DNA from: Deltaproteobacteria bacterium RIFCSPHIGHO2_02_FULL_43_33
Lineage (GTDB): Bacteria; Desulfobacterota; GWC2-55-46; UBA9637
NCBI GenBank assembly: GCA_001798165.1
Contig: MGRL01000004.1
Span: 1,922 to 59,325, forward strand
Length of the DNA stretch: 57,404 nucleotides
Direction: 5' to 3'
Below, in pieces: positions 8,865 through 18,830 of the stretch. The stretch's first letter is position 1; every line of letters starts with the position of its first letter. The notes under the pieces are model-generated. The model was not told the DNA's origin. It ran no database searches and saw nothing but the letters and a program-made list of their open reading frames with translations. A program made the position numbers and the translations under genes.

Positions 8865-11411
8865 ATGCAAGAGAAGTATGATTCAAAGCAGATAGAGGAA
8901 AAGTGGCAGAAAATCTGGGAAGAAAACAAGGCCTTTAAGGTAACTGAGGATAAGGTTAAGAAGAAATATTATGTTCTTGAGATGTTTCCCTATCCCTCAG
9001 GAAAGATACATATGGGGCATGTGAGAAACTATTCAATCGGAGATGTGGCAGCTCGTTTCTTGAGCATGCGTGGCTATAATGTGCTTCATCCCATGGGGTG
9101 GGACTCCTTTGGCATGCCTGCTGAAAATGCTGCAATACAGCACGGAACCCATCCGGCAAAGTGGACTTATGAGAATATCTCATACATGAAAAAGCAGCTA
9201 AAGAGACTTGGCCTATCATATGATTGGGAGAGGGAGATTGCCACATGCACCCCTGAATATTACAAATGGAACCAGTGGCTCTTTCTTAAATTGCAGGAAA
9301 AGGGTTTAGCCTATAGAAAGCAGTCTGCTGTCAATTGGTGTCCAAAGTGCCTTACTGTTCTTGCAAATGAGCAGGTTGAAGGCGGACTTTGCTGGAGGTG
9401 CGAGACACAGGTTGAGCAAAAAAATCTTGAGCAGTGGTTTTTTAAGATAACAGCCTATGCAGAAGAGCTTCTTGATTACTGCGATAAACTTCATGGTTGG
9501 CCTGAAAAGGTTTTGATAATGCAGAGAAACTGGATTGGAAAGAGCATAGGCGCAGAGGTTGATTTCAAAATAGAAAATTCCAATGAGGCGATTAAAGTAT
9601 TTACCACACGGCCTGATACGCTTTTTGGCGCAACATTCATAAGTCTTGCGCCTGAGCATCCGATGGTAGAGAAACTGATAGTCAAGAGTCAGGAGTCAGA
9701 AGTCAAGAGTTTTATAGAAAGGGTGAAAAAACAGAGTAGAACTGCAAGGACAGAGGCATTGCTGGAAAAGGAAGGCGTGTTCACCGGCTCTTACTGTATT
9801 AATCCGCTCACCAATAAAAGAATGCCAATATATATAGCAAACTTTGTTCTGATGGAATATGGAACAGGCGCTGTTATGGCAGTGCCAACCCATGACCAGC
9901 GTGATTTTGAGTTTGCAAAAAAGTATAATCTGCCGATGATAGTTGTTATCCAGCCTCCAAACTGGGGACAGATTTCAAATCTGTCCCCACTGCAAGAGGC
10001 TTATGTGGATGATGGAATCATGGTTAATTCCGGGACTTTTAATGGGATGAATAATAGAGATGCAATGGAGGCTATTGTAAGGCATCTTGAAGAAAAGGGG
10101 ATTGGGAAGAAGACGATAAGCTATAAATTGAGAGACTGGGGCATATCCAGACAGAGATACTGGGGCTGTCCAATTCCGATGATATACTGTGATAGTTGCG
10201 GCGTTGTGCCAGTGCCATATAAAGACCTGCCAGTGGTTCTTCCGGAAGATGTGAAGCTTACCGGCGAAGGGGCTTCACCTCTTGCCCAGTCAGAAAAATT
10301 TATAAAAGTGAAATGTCCGAAGTGTGGGAAGCCGGCAAGAAGAGAGGCAGATACTATGGATACCTTTGTTGACTCGTCATGGTATTTTTTGAGATATGCC
10401 TCGCCCAGAGAGAATAACAGCCCTTTTAGCAAAGAAGTTGTAAAATGCTGGATGCCGGTTGACCAATATATAGGCGGGGTTGAACATGCTGTGCTGCATC
10501 TTCTCTATTCCAGGTTTTTTACAAAGGCAATACGAGATTTAGGGCTTACAGATATAGATGAGCCGTTTACGAATCTGCTGACCCAGGGCATGGTGTGTAA
10601 AGAGATTATGAAGTGCAAGGAACATGGTTATCTTTTACCAGAGGAGGTAAGGGATAAAAAGTGTATAAAGTGCGGCAAGCCTGTAGAGATAGGGCCCACA
10701 GAGAAGATGAGCAAATCAAAGAAAAATACTATAGACCCTGATAAGATTATTGAGAGATATGGCGCAGACACGACAAGGGTATTTTCTTTGTTCGCAGCGC
10801 CGCCTGAAAAGGATTTGGATTGGAGTGATGAAGGTGTTGAGGGGGCTTACAGATTTCTGAATAGGGTGTGGAGATTAGTGGCAGAAATGCAGGGGGCAGG
10901 GGGTAGGGGCCAGGGGTCAGGAGAGACGAAAAACCCCGAACTCAATTATGAAATAAATAGGGCTGTAAAAAAGGTTACGGATGATTTAAAGGAATTTCAT
11001 TTCAATACAGCCATAGCAGCGCTGATGGAGCATATTAACTTTCTCTACAAATATGAAGATAAGAATTCGTCTCAATATGAAGAGGCTATTGAAATTTTGC
11101 TCGTTCTCCTCTCTCCCTTTGCACCGCATATATGCGAAGAGTTGTGGCATGGTATTGGGAAAAAGGATTCCATCTTGAAGGTTGATTGGCCTTCCTACGA
11201 CGAGGCAGCCCTGAAAAAGGAAGAGGCGCTGGTAGTTGTTCAGATAAACGGCAAATTAAGAGGCCGTATCAGCGTGCCAGTGAACATACAACAGGCAGAA
11301 GTTGAAAAGATTGCCCTATCAGATAGTAAAGTTTCAGAGTGGCTGGCTGGGAAGAGTATAAAAAAGGTGGTTTATGTGCAGAATAAGATATTAAATGTGG
11401 TGGTGGGATGA
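8865..11411 (+). CDS. leuS: leucine--tRNA ligase
   Basis: GKIHMGH (HIGH-type) and KMSKSKKN motifs, with a CP1/editing region. Start set to ATG 8865 ([14 protein letters not shown]) rather than the upstream TTG. Confidence 0.95.
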   Translation: MQEKYDSKQIEEKWQKIWEENKAFKVTEDKVKKKYYVLEMFPYPSGKIHMGHVRNYSIGDVAARFLSMRGYNVLHPMGWDSFGMPAENAAIQHGTHPAKWTYENISYMKKQLKRLGLSYDWEREIATCTPEYYKWNQWLFLKLQEKGLAYRKQSAVNWCPKCLTVLANEQVEGGLCWRCETQVEQKNLEQWFFKITAYAEELLDYCDKLHGWPEKVLIMQRNWIGKSIGAEVDFKIENSNEAIKVFTTRPDTLFGATFISLAPEHPMVEKLIVKSQESEVKSFIERVKKQSRTARTEALLEKEGVFTGSYCINPLTNKRMPIYIANFVLMEYGTGAVMAVPTHDQRDFEFAKKYNLPMIVVIQPPNWGQISNLSPLQEAYVDDGIMVNSGTFNGMNNRDAMEAIVRHLEEKGIGKKTISYKLRDWGISRQRYWGCPIPMIYCDSCGVVPVPYKDLPVVLPEDVKLTGEGASPLAQSEKFIKVKCPKCGKPARREADTMDTFVDSSWYFLRYASPRENNSPFSKEVVKCWMPVDQYIGGVEHAVLHLLYSRFFTKAIRDLGLTDIDEPFTNLLTQGMVCKEIMKCKEHGYLLPEEVRDKKCIKCGKPVEIGPTEKMSKSKKNTIDPDKIIERYGADTTRVFSLFAAPPEKDLDWSDEGVEGAYRFLNRVWRLVAEMQGAGGRGQGSGETKNPELNYEINRAVKKVTDDLKEFHFNTAIAALMEHINFLYKYEDKNSSQYEEAIEILLVLLSPFAPHICEELWHGIGKKDSILKVDWPSYDEAALKKEEALVVVQINGKLRGRISVPVNIQQAEVEKIALSDSKVSEWLAGKSIKKVVYVQNKILNVVVG
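9681..9710 (+). repeat. four heptamers GTCAAGA GTCAGGA GTCAGAA GTCAAGA, in frame in leuS
   Basis: Direct reading; encodes [10 protein letters not shown]. Confidence 0.85.
10889..10923 (+). repeat. five G-rich heptamers GCAGGGG GCAGGGG GTAGGGG CCAGGGG TCAGGAG, in frame in leuS
   Basis: Direct reading; encodes [12 protein letters not shown]. Confidence 0.85.
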
Positions 11412-11983
11412 GAAACAGGAGTCAGAAGCTTGCCCCCGCAGGCTTTAAGCGGGGGTCAGGAGTCGGAAGTCAGAAGTTTTTATTTTGTATTCTGTATTCT
11501 ATATTCTGTATTCTGCCTTCATGCGGCTATCACATTGCCGGCAAAGGCGGGAGTATGCCTGGCAATGTAGCAACCATAACTATTCCATTTCTGAAAAATC
11601 AGACCCAAAAGCCTGATGTTGAAACTATTGTTACGACTGCATTGGTTGATGAATTTGTAAAGAGCGGGATTGTAAAGGTTGTTGAAGAAAATGCTGATGC
11701 AGTGATTAGCGGCGCTGTAACAAGTTATGACTTAACCCCTGTTTCTTTTAACAAGAACGATGTAATTCAAGAATACAGGCTTACCATTAAAATAGAGGTA
11801 AGCCTTGTGCGGAAAAGTGATGGGAAGATCGTATGGCAAGATAAAAATATTACTGACTATGAGGATTTTAAGGTAACTACCACGGATATCAATGCGACCA
11901 AAACAGCAGAATTGGACGCGGTGAAGAAGATGGCAAAGGATACGGCAAGATTAATTAAGGAAAGAATTTTAGAGGATTTTTAA
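11408..11983 (+). CDS. lptE: LPS-assembly lipoprotein LptE (RlpB)
   Basis: Lipobox ILPS-C-G followed by an LptE-like body. Classic leuS-lptE-holA synteny. ATGA overlap with the leuS stop. Confidence 0.8.
   Translation: MRNRSQKLAPAGFKRGSGVGSQKFLFCILYSIFCILPSCGYHIAGKGGSMPGNVATITIPFLKNQTQKPDVETIVTTALVDEFVKSGIVKVVEENADAVISGAVTSYDLTPVSFNKNDVIQEYRLTIKIEVSLVRKSDGKIVWQDKNITDYEDFKVTTTDINATKTAELDAVKKMAKDTARLIKERILEDF
11417..11514 (+). repeat. composite element: hairpin core 11429-11455, heptamers GTCAGGA GTCGGAA GTCAGAA (11455-11475), then GTATTCT x4 (11487-11514)
   Basis: Direct reading. It lies wholly inside the lptE 5' coding region. Confidence 0.85.
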
Positions 11984-12996
11984 TGGCACAAGATGGTCTA
12001 AAGATTACTGAAGGCCTTAAAAAAGGAAAGGAGCTGCTTCCTGTCTATTGTTTTTATGGCGACAGCTATCTGATTGAAGAGGCGGTGCAGGATATTAAGG
12101 CAAAGCTTTTGTCTTCTGCATTTAAGGAGATGAATTATAATGCATATGATGCAAAAGAGGCGGATGCTGAAACTATTATCTCAACAGCCCAGACCTTTCC
12201 GGTTATGGCGCAGAAAAGGTTGGTTTTTGTGAGCAGGGCAGAATCTCTTTCAAAGCCTCAGCAAGAGGCGCTTCTTTCATATATCAAAAACCCAGCTGCC
12301 ACGACTTGCCTTATGTTTCGTGTATCAGCAGATAAGGTTGATAAGAGGCTCTCATTTTTTTTAGAATTGGAAAAGGCTGGCTATCTTTTTCATTTTAAGC
12401 CGCCTTCAGATGCCCAACTTCCCTTATGGATTAAAAAAGAGGCACAAAGATTAGGGAAAAAGATTGAGGATGATGCAATAGGGATTTTTCTTGAGGTTGT
12501 TGGCAGCGAATTGATGGATATAAAACAGGAGATTGAAAAATTGGTCATTTTTGTAGGGGGCAGAGATACTATTGAGAAGAAAGATGTAGAAATGGCTGTT
12601 GCAAATGGCAGGATTGATACTGTATTTAACCTGGCAGATTCAATAGGCAGGAGAGATTTGCGAGAAGGCATGATAAACCTTAAGAAGATTCTTGAACAGG
12701 GAGAACAGCCTGTAAAAATAATGGGAATGATAGCAAGGCAGTTTCGCATTATCTGGCGGGTAAAGGCGCTTAAGAAAAGCGGTGCGGCAATGAATAAAAT
12801 TGCCCAGACAATAGGGATATTCCCCATGTATCTTGACAGCTATCTTAAGCAGGAGAGAAATTTTACTCAGGAAGGGCTCTTAAAAGTTTTCAAAATGCTT
12901 CATAATGCAGATATAGCCCTGAAATCCGGAAGACAGACCCCTGATATGGTGATGGAGAGACTTGTGTTAGAGCTATGTTTTAAAGACAGGCTATAG
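11983..12996 (+). CDS. holA: DNA polymerase III delta subunit
   Basis: 337 aa with an N-terminal LPVYCFYGDSYLIEEA pattern. Its position after lptE fits the known synteny. Confidence 0.85.
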   Translation: MAQDGLKITEGLKKGKELLPVYCFYGDSYLIEEAVQDIKAKLLSSAFKEMNYNAYDAKEADAETIISTAQTFPVMAQKRLVFVSRAESLSKPQQEALLSYIKNPAATTCLMFRVSADKVDKRLSFFLELEKAGYLFHFKPPSDAQLPLWIKKEAQRLGKKIEDDAIGIFLEVVGSELMDIKQEIEKLVIFVGGRDTIEKKDVEMAVANGRIDTVFNLADSIGRRDLREGMINLKKILEQGEQPVKIMGMIARQFRIIWRVKALKKSGAAMNKIAQTIGIFPMYLDSYLKQERNFTQEGLLKVFKMLHNADIALKSGRQTPDMVMERLVLELCFKDRL

Positions 12997-13003
12997 GTGA
13001 TGG

Positions 13004-13058
13004 GCATCCGCCTCAGGCGGAGGCGATAGGTAAAACCCATAGCCTATTGCCTATTGCC
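13004..13058. repeat. small hairpin CATCCGCCTCAGGCGGAGG plus CCTATTG heptamer pair
   Basis: The same CATCCGCCTnAGGCGGA hairpin occurs at 7975-7993. Sits between convergent holA and rpsT. Confidence 0.6.
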
Positions 13059-13322
13059 AGCTCCTATGGAATTTATAGCTAAGGTAAGGGTAGATATCTT
13101 TCTTGAAGCATTATTCCTGTGAAGGGTTTTTTTAGATACTGCCTTGTCAAGGAGTTTTACAGCCTTAGATATGGCTGCTTTTGCATTTTCTGCGTTGCCT
13201 GTTTTTATAGTGTCTTTTACTTCTTTAATCGCACTTTTTATAGATGATTTTATATTTACATTGTGGAACCTGCGCTTCAGATTTTGTCTGTATCTTTTTA
13301 TTGCTGACTTATGGGTTGCCAT
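13044..13322 (-). CDS. rpsT: 30S ribosomal protein S20
   Basis: MATHKSAIKRYRQNLKRR. Start moved to ATG 13320-13322, which has GGAGG upstream. Confidence 0.9.
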   Translation of the reverse strand: MATHKSAIKRYRQNLKRRFHNVNIKSSIKSAIKEVKDTIKTGNAENAKAAISKAVKLLDKAVSKKTLHRNNASRKISTLTLAINSIGAGNRQ

Positions 13323-13388
13323 TGAAATCCTCCGTTCAATTTGTAGCATATATTTTTAAACTATAAAGGTTTAATTGTCAAGAAATTT

Positions 13389-14960
13389 ATGACAGAAATT
13401 AAGAATATAACAAAGGCAGCCTCCATTGTTGGAGGCGCAACATTTTTAAGCCGCATCCTCGGCTATATCAGGGATGCTGTTATTGCCGCATTTTTTGGGG
13501 CAGGCACGTATGCTGATGTCTTTTTTATTGCCTATAGGATTCCAAACTTCTTTAGGAGGCTTGTAGGCGAAGGCTCATTAACTGTTTCTTTTATTCCTGT
13601 ATTTACAGAGGAATTAACCCTTGGCTCAAGAGAAAGGGCAAAGAGGCTTGCATCAACGGCGTTTACATTCTTCAGCATTATACTAACAGTGCTTACCATC
13701 TTAGGGGTTTTATTTTCAGCACAGATAGTAGAGCTTACAGCGCCGGGTTTTGCAAATATACAAAATAAACTGTCTCTTACAATCTCTCTAACACAATGGA
13801 TGTTTCCCTTTCTCTTTTTTATCTGTCTTGTGGCCTTAGGCATGGGAGTTTTAAACTCGTTAAAACATTTTGCTGCGCCGGCATTGTCGCCTGTATGGTT
13901 TAACCTGTCTATGATAGGTTCCACCATTTTTCTTATACCGTTTTTTAAAGAACCTGTCTATGCCCTTGCATTTGGCGTGGTCTTTGGCGGTATCCTCCAG
14001 TTTCTTTATCAGCTTCCCTATCTTAAAAGATATGATATGTTTCCAGGACTTGACTTTAACTTTAACGACCCTGCCTTAAGAAAGATAATCCTTCTCATGC
14101 TGCCAGCCATTCTTGCTACAGGGGTGAACCAGATAAATGTCCTTATTACCAGCAGATTTGCATCGCATCTTCAAGAGGGGAGCGTGTCTTATCTCTATTA
14201 TGCTGATAGGATCGTTGAACTGCCTATGGGGGTCTTTGTGATTGCGGTTGCAACTGCTATGCTTCCTTCTATGTCTGAGTATGCGGTAAAAAATGACTGG
14301 CCGGGATTTAAGGAATCTCTATCCTTTGCCATAAGGCTGGTAACATTTGTTACCATACCTGCAACCGTAGGCATTATAGCTCTGGGTATGCCGATTGTTG
14401 CTATGCTTTTTCAAAGAGGCGAGTTTAGCAGCGAAGCAACCCAAGGAACTGTATATGCCCTTTATTTTTTTTCCATTGGCCTTGCTGCATTTGGGGGGGC
14501 GAGGATACTGGTGTCAGCGTTTTATTCGCTTAAGGATACTTTAACGCCGGTAAAGATTGGCTGTATTGCTGTAGCTGCCAATATAATATTCTGCTTCATG
14601 TTCATTGGCCATTTACAACACGGAGGCCTGGCTCTGGCTACATCACTTTCATCTATGGTTAATTTGTTATGTCTTTTTATGATACTACGGAAGAGGTTAG
14701 GCGGGATTGGCGGAAGAAAGATATTTATATCCAGCATAAAGGTAACTGCGTCTTCTGTCCCAATGGGTATTGGCGTATACGGTATTTCGCTCATGGTTAA
14801 TTGGTCTGATGGCGGTCTAACAATGATTAAGGTCTTTGTTTTATTGCTTGCAATAGGTTTTGGTGTGGCAAGTTTTCTTATATTTGCCCGTATTTTTAAA
14901 AGCCCGGAGCTATCTTGCTTAATGGATATGCTTAGGGAAAGATGGCGTAAATCAAGTTAA
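13389..14960 (+). CDS. murJ: lipid II flippase MurJ
   Basis: GGATFLSRILGYIRDAVIAAFFGAG...FRRLVGEGSL is the canonical MurJ N-terminus; about 14 TM helices. Confidence 0.92.
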   Translation: MTEIKNITKAASIVGGATFLSRILGYIRDAVIAAFFGAGTYADVFFIAYRIPNFFRRLVGEGSLTVSFIPVFTEELTLGSRERAKRLASTAFTFFSIILTVLTILGVLFSAQIVELTAPGFANIQNKLSLTISLTQWMFPFLFFICLVALGMGVLNSLKHFAAPALSPVWFNLSMIGSTIFLIPFFKEPVYALAFGVVFGGILQFLYQLPYLKRYDMFPGLDFNFNDPALRKIILLMLPAILATGVNQINVLITSRFASHLQEGSVSYLYYADRIVELPMGVFVIAVATAMLPSMSEYAVKNDWPGFKESLSFAIRLVTFVTIPATVGIIALGMPIVAMLFQRGEFSSEATQGTVYALYFFSIGLAAFGGARILVSAFYSLKDTLTPVKIGCIAVAANIIFCFMFIGHLQHGGLALATSLSSMVNLLCLFMILRKRLGGIGGRKIFISSIKVTASSVPMGIGVYGISLMVNWSDGGLTMIKVFVLLLAIGFGVASFLIFARIFKSPELSCLMDMLRERWRKSS

Positions 14961-15206
14961 AAGGCTCTTTAAATACTTCCAATTGAAGCGAACATACCAT
15001 GAGAAATGGCCTTCTAAGGGAATAAACAGAGGGAAAACCGAGGCGGTATTGAATAGAGGCCGTAAATCACATAATTATTTGAATCTTAAAGTGAATTTGC
15101 TGATTAAAAAATATGCAACCCAATGCAAAGCCTTATTTAACCGCATTCGGTTTTTTGCATTTACATTGTTGCCAACAAGTTATCCACATGTTGTGGGGAA
15201 ATCTTT

Positions 15207-16013
15207 TTAACGCCTTGTAATCTTTAATTTTTTCTCTTTGTCCTTTGCCTTGCTCCAAAGTTTTTCCATTTCACTGAGAGATGCTGTATTCAAAGTCTTA
15301 TTTTTTTTCTTTAGACTTTCTTCAATATAATGAAATCTTGTTATAAAGCGCGCAATGGTTTTTCTTAAGGCCTCTTCAGCGTTTATTTCTACAAATCTTC
15401 CTACATTTACCAATGAAAAGATAAGGTCTCCTAATTCATCTTCCATCTTTTTTGCATTTCCTTGTTGTAATGCCTCTTTAAACTCCTCCGTTTCTTCATT
15501 AACCTTTTCAAAGACCTGCTCTATGTTGTCCCAATCAAAGCCTACCTGAGATGCCTTTTCTGTTACTTTATGCGCCTTGAGCAAGGCAGGAAGGTGTTCC
15601 GGTATGTCTGACAGATAGCCGCCTGTTTTCTTTCTGCCTTTTTCTTCTTTTTTTATCCTTGCCCAGTGTTTTAAAACATCCTTTGATGTTTTTGCCTTTG
15701 CACTGCCAAACACATGAGGATGTCGCCGTACCATCTTTTCTGCTGATGTTGCTAAAACATCTTCTATGTCAAAATCTCCTTTTTCTTGAGCAAGTTGACA
15801 GATAAAGATGATTTGAAATAATAAGTCTCCCAGCTCTTCCTTCAGCATTTCAGGGGATTTTGCGTCTACAGCGCCGATTACCTCATAGGTCTCTTCCACA
15901 AGAAAAGGCAAAATACTTTCCATGGTCTGCTCTTTATCCCATGGACAGCCTGCCGGCCCTCGCAGTTTTTGCATAATTGCTACAAGCCTGGCAAGCCCCG
16001 TCTTTTCTTTCAT
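15207..16013 (-). CDS. mazG: nucleoside triphosphate pyrophosphohydrolase MazG
   Basis: GCPWDKEQT plus tandem MazG EExxE-type repeats (LVEETYEV, NEETEEF). Confidence 0.9.
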   Translation of the reverse strand: MKEKTGLARLVAIMQKLRGPAGCPWDKEQTMESILPFLVEETYEVIGAVDAKSPEMLKEELGDLLFQIIFICQLAQEKGDFDIEDVLATSAEKMVRRHPHVFGSAKAKTSKDVLKHWARIKKEEKGRKKTGGYLSDIPEHLPALLKAHKVTEKASQVGFDWDNIEQVFEKVNEETEEFKEALQQGNAKKMEDELGDLIFSLVNVGRFVEINAEEALRKTIARFITRFHYIEESLKKKNKTLNTASLSEMEKLWSKAKDKEKKLKITRR

Positions 16014-16606
16014 GTCTTTTGTGGCCGGGAAGGCAAGGATGTAATTGCCCTATGAAGGTCTTCCCGCGTATTGATGTTGTCCAGAGATGATAAAATGGAT
16101 TCGTTTGAAAGCCAGTCCTTTTCCTCAAGTTTTTTCGTTTTTACTTTTTTGAAAAGGTTGGTGATGCGGAGGTCTTTTTCCTGTATCATTTCAGCAATGG
16201 GCTTAAGGCATTTTTTAGAATATATGGCATGGAGGGGATGGTATCTCCCTATGACAAAAGGCACGATGGCATGGTAGCTGCCTGAAATCTTGCCCATCCT
16301 TGCGATAACTTCTTTATTCAGAAACGGCATGTCGCAGGCTGCAACAAAACTGTATTCGGATTGAGCATGGGAAAGGCCTGTATATATGCCGCCCAGACTG
16401 CCGGCGCCCTTAAATATATCGGTTACGGTGAGTATGTTTAATTCCGCATATTCAACAGGGTCGTTTGCTACGAGTATAATCTCATCAAATAGTTCTTTAA
16501 ACAGGCCTACGGTTTTATGGATGATGGGTTTACCGTCTATATCTATAAAGGCCTTATTAAAGCCCATCCTGCTGCTTTTGCCGCCTGCCAAAATTATACC
16601 GGTCAT
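16010..16606 (-). CDS. mobA: molybdenum cofactor guanylyltransferase MobA
   Basis: MTGIILAGGKSSRMG. The ORF extends to 16633, but ATG 16604-16606 has GGAG 9 nt upstream and gives the typical N-terminus. Confidence 0.8.
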   Translation of the reverse strand: MTGIILAGGKSSRMGFNKAFIDIDGKPIIHKTVGLFKELFDEIILVANDPVEYAELNILTVTDIFKGAGSLGGIYTGLSHAQSEYSFVAACDMPFLNKEVIARMGKISGSYHAIVPFVIGRYHPLHAIYSKKCLKPIAEMIQEKDLRITNLFKKVKTKKLEEKDWLSNESILSSLDNINTREDLHRAITSLPSRPQKT

Positions 16607-16649
16607 GTTGTTTTGCTCCATTGTAAAATGCAAAGTGTATTTTTTACTG

Positions 16650-17297
16650 TCATTTAATCTTTATTTCTATTTGCCGTGGATTGCTGCATCCCTTTAAAGA
16701 GCCGACCATTCCCTTTATTGCCTCTGCAAGCAATTCCCGTATAAAAGGTTTAAGGGGCACCTCTTCGTTATTGACCATCAGGTCTATGATATCTGTTGTT
16801 TTATCGCGCAAAAATCTATTCTCTATCAGGCGGGCAACGCCCTTAGAATCATTAATATCAAGGCATGGCACATCTTTACTCTTAAATTTTATATCGCTGG
16901 CAATACCTATAAGATTTTTATCTTTTCTGCAAATAGGTTTCAGAGATTTTGCCTTTCTAATAACCTCTATCTTTGGATAGCCTGCCTTTTTATATCCCTC
17001 TGTTATTATGATATCTGTTCCATTGATAAAAGAAAGGCCGAGCATTGCCGGCGACCATTCCTTATTTACATCTTTTACAACTGCTATCTTATCAGGACTG
17101 GACAGGATTACTGTTGTTGCCCCTGCCTTTTTATGGCGCCAGCTGTCCTTGCCTTCATAATCTATTTCAAAACCATGAACATCGTGTTTGATAGTAGCGA
17201 CCTTATAGCCCATTTTTGTCAATTCAGCTACCACCTTTTCAAGGAGGGTGGTTTTGCCGCTGCCGGATTTTCCGACTATTGAGACTATAGGAATCAT
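16650..17297 (-). CDS. mobB: MobB with an extra C-terminal ~50 aa
   Basis: P-loop GKSGSGKTTL and KHDVHGFEIDYEGKDSWRH. Confidence 0.85.
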   Translation of the reverse strand: MIPIVSIVGKSGSGKTTLLEKVVAELTKMGYKVATIKHDVHGFEIDYEGKDSWRHKKAGATTVILSSPDKIAVVKDVNKEWSPAMLGLSFINGTDIIITEGYKKAGYPKIEVIRKAKSLKPICRKDKNLIGIASDIKFKSKDVPCLDINDSKGVARLIENRFLRDKTTDIIDLMVNNEEVPLKPFIRELLAEAIKGMVGSLKGCSNPRQIEIKIK

Positions 17298-17349
17298 ATT
17301 TCATAAGAATAACAGTTTAAAGTGGGATGTGTCAATGGTTTGTATAAAA

Positions 17350-17532
17350 CCGTAAAATAGCGATTAAAAATCTCGCTATTTTACAAACCTGCGATTTGCC
17401 TGCCATACTTCGTTATCGGCGCATTTTTGCTCCTCACCGTATTGGTGATATACGGCTCGTCGCAAAAATGGCCTCTGCCTCGTCTGGCAGGCAACTTGCA
17501 GGTTTCCCCAAAAATCAAAGTCTATTTTTGGG
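17350..17532 (-). repeat. ~183-nt structured repeat, copy B (inverted relative to copy A)
   Basis: Its rc matches 7841-8035 almost base for base. Terminal hairpin 17352-17363/17373-17384. Confidence 0.85.
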
Positions 17533-17676
17533 ATAAAATTAAATATAAGAAATATATTTGGTCTTGGGTCCTCTTATTACCAAAGCTGCCATAGGCATTG
17601 ACTTGAAATCTGAAAGGTGTTAATTTTTTCACAGAAGAAGCGAAGGCGAGCATTTCGTTTTTATTATATTGAGAAG

Positions 17677-18408
17677 ATGGAGGTAGAAAAATTGCTGAAT
17701 GTCCAAAACTTGAGCAGCGGTATTCAGGGGAATTTGTGGGATATGGTTTTAGGCGCAGGGATTATGGTAAAGCTTGTGCTTATTATACTCCTTGCATTTT
17801 CCGTATTATCATGGGCGATAATCATCTATAAGTACAGTATCATCAGAAAGATGGAAAGGGAATCTATTGCATTTTTAGATTTTTTTTGGAGCAAGAAACA
17901 GTTTACACCTATATTTGAGGCCTGCGTAGATTATAAATTTACGCCGCTGTCAAGATTGTTTGCCGCCGGCTATAACGAACTGATGCAGGTGAGAATACCA
18001 AAGAAAGATACTGCTCTCAGTCAGTTCAATGTCGGGGAATTTGACAGCATTCAGAGGTCGTTGAAAAAGACCATGTCTAATGAAATAAGCAGGATGGAAA
18101 AGGCAGTTGCATTTCTTGCTACAACAGGGAACACAACGCCATTCATAGGCCTGTTTGGCACAGTATGGGGCATCATGAATTCATTCAGAGGCATAGGCTT
18201 AAAGGGGTCAGCCAGCCTTGCAGTGGTTGCGCCAGGCATATCCGAGGCCCTTATTGCTACAGCCATGGGCCTTATTGCGGCTATTCCTGCGGTTGTTGCC
18301 TATAATCATTTTGTTACGAGGATTAACAGGATGGCAGTTGAGATGGAAAATTTTGCAGGTGATTTTTTGAATATAGTGGAAAGAGAATTGAGAAAGGAAA
18401 AGGGGTAA
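17677..18408 (+). CDS. tolQ: Tol-Pal proton channel protein TolQ
   Basis: MotA/TolQ/ExbB pattern (TTGNTTPFIGLFGTVWGIM). The ORF opens at GTG 17617; ATG 17677 is preferred. Confidence 0.88.
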   Translation: MEVEKLLNVQNLSSGIQGNLWDMVLGAGIMVKLVLIILLAFSVLSWAIIIYKYSIIRKMERESIAFLDFFWSKKQFTPIFEACVDYKFTPLSRLFAAGYNELMQVRIPKKDTALSQFNVGEFDSIQRSLKKTMSNEISRMEKAVAFLATTGNTTPFIGLFGTVWGIMNSFRGIGLKGSASLAVVAPGISEALIATAMGLIAAIPAVVAYNHFVTRINRMAVEMENFAGDFLNIVERELRKEKG

Positions 18409-18830
18409 TGGAGTTTTCAAAGTCAAAACAGCGGACTGTCCTGTCTCAGATAAATGTTACGCCGTTAGTGGATGTCATGCTGGTTCTGCTTATTATCTTT
18501 ATGGTTACAGCGCCTATGCTTCAGGAGGGATTGGATGTGAATCTGCCAAAGGTAAAGGCTGCTGGGTTAACTACGGATGAGGAGCCTCTTGTGCTGACTA
18601 TCCAGAAGGAAGGCACAATACTTATCAATAAGAATAAGATAATCTTCTCTGATTTGAAAGAAAAACTTGCAAGGGTTTATCAGACAAGGCAGTGGAAACA
18701 GGGTAAGATGGTGCTTTTGAGGGCAGATAAGGATGTGCCTTATGGCCTTGTCGTAAAGGTAATGGCAGAGATACGAAAGGCGGGCATAGAAAGGGTCGGC
18801 ATGGTTACAGAGCCTGTAGAAGGTGGCTAA
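18408..18830 (+). CDS. tolR: TolR (ExbD family)
   Basis: INVTPLVDVMLVLLIIFMV, with the conserved Asp in the TM helix. Adjacent to tolQ. Confidence 0.88.
   Translation: MEFSKSKQRTVLSQINVTPLVDVMLVLLIIFMVTAPMLQEGLDVNLPKVKAAGLTTDEEPLVLTIQKEGTILINKNKIIFSDLKEKLARVYQTRQWKQGKMVLLRADKDVPYGLVVKVMAEIRKAGIERVGMVTEPVEGG

Noticed and set aside
14983-15210. 75-aa ORF in the murJ-mazG convergent spacer
   Set aside because: It has no SD and no recognisable motif, and it overlaps the mazG stop. It is probably non-coding. A weak hairpin followed by a T-run at about 15139-15156 was too weak to call as a terminator.
17298-17532. Possible Moco riboswitch, because the structured repeat precedes mobB
   Set aside because: The same element in the same orientation precedes comEA, which is unrelated to molybdenum cofactor, and it lacks the Moco motif features I know. 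The dispersed-repeat interpretation is favoured.
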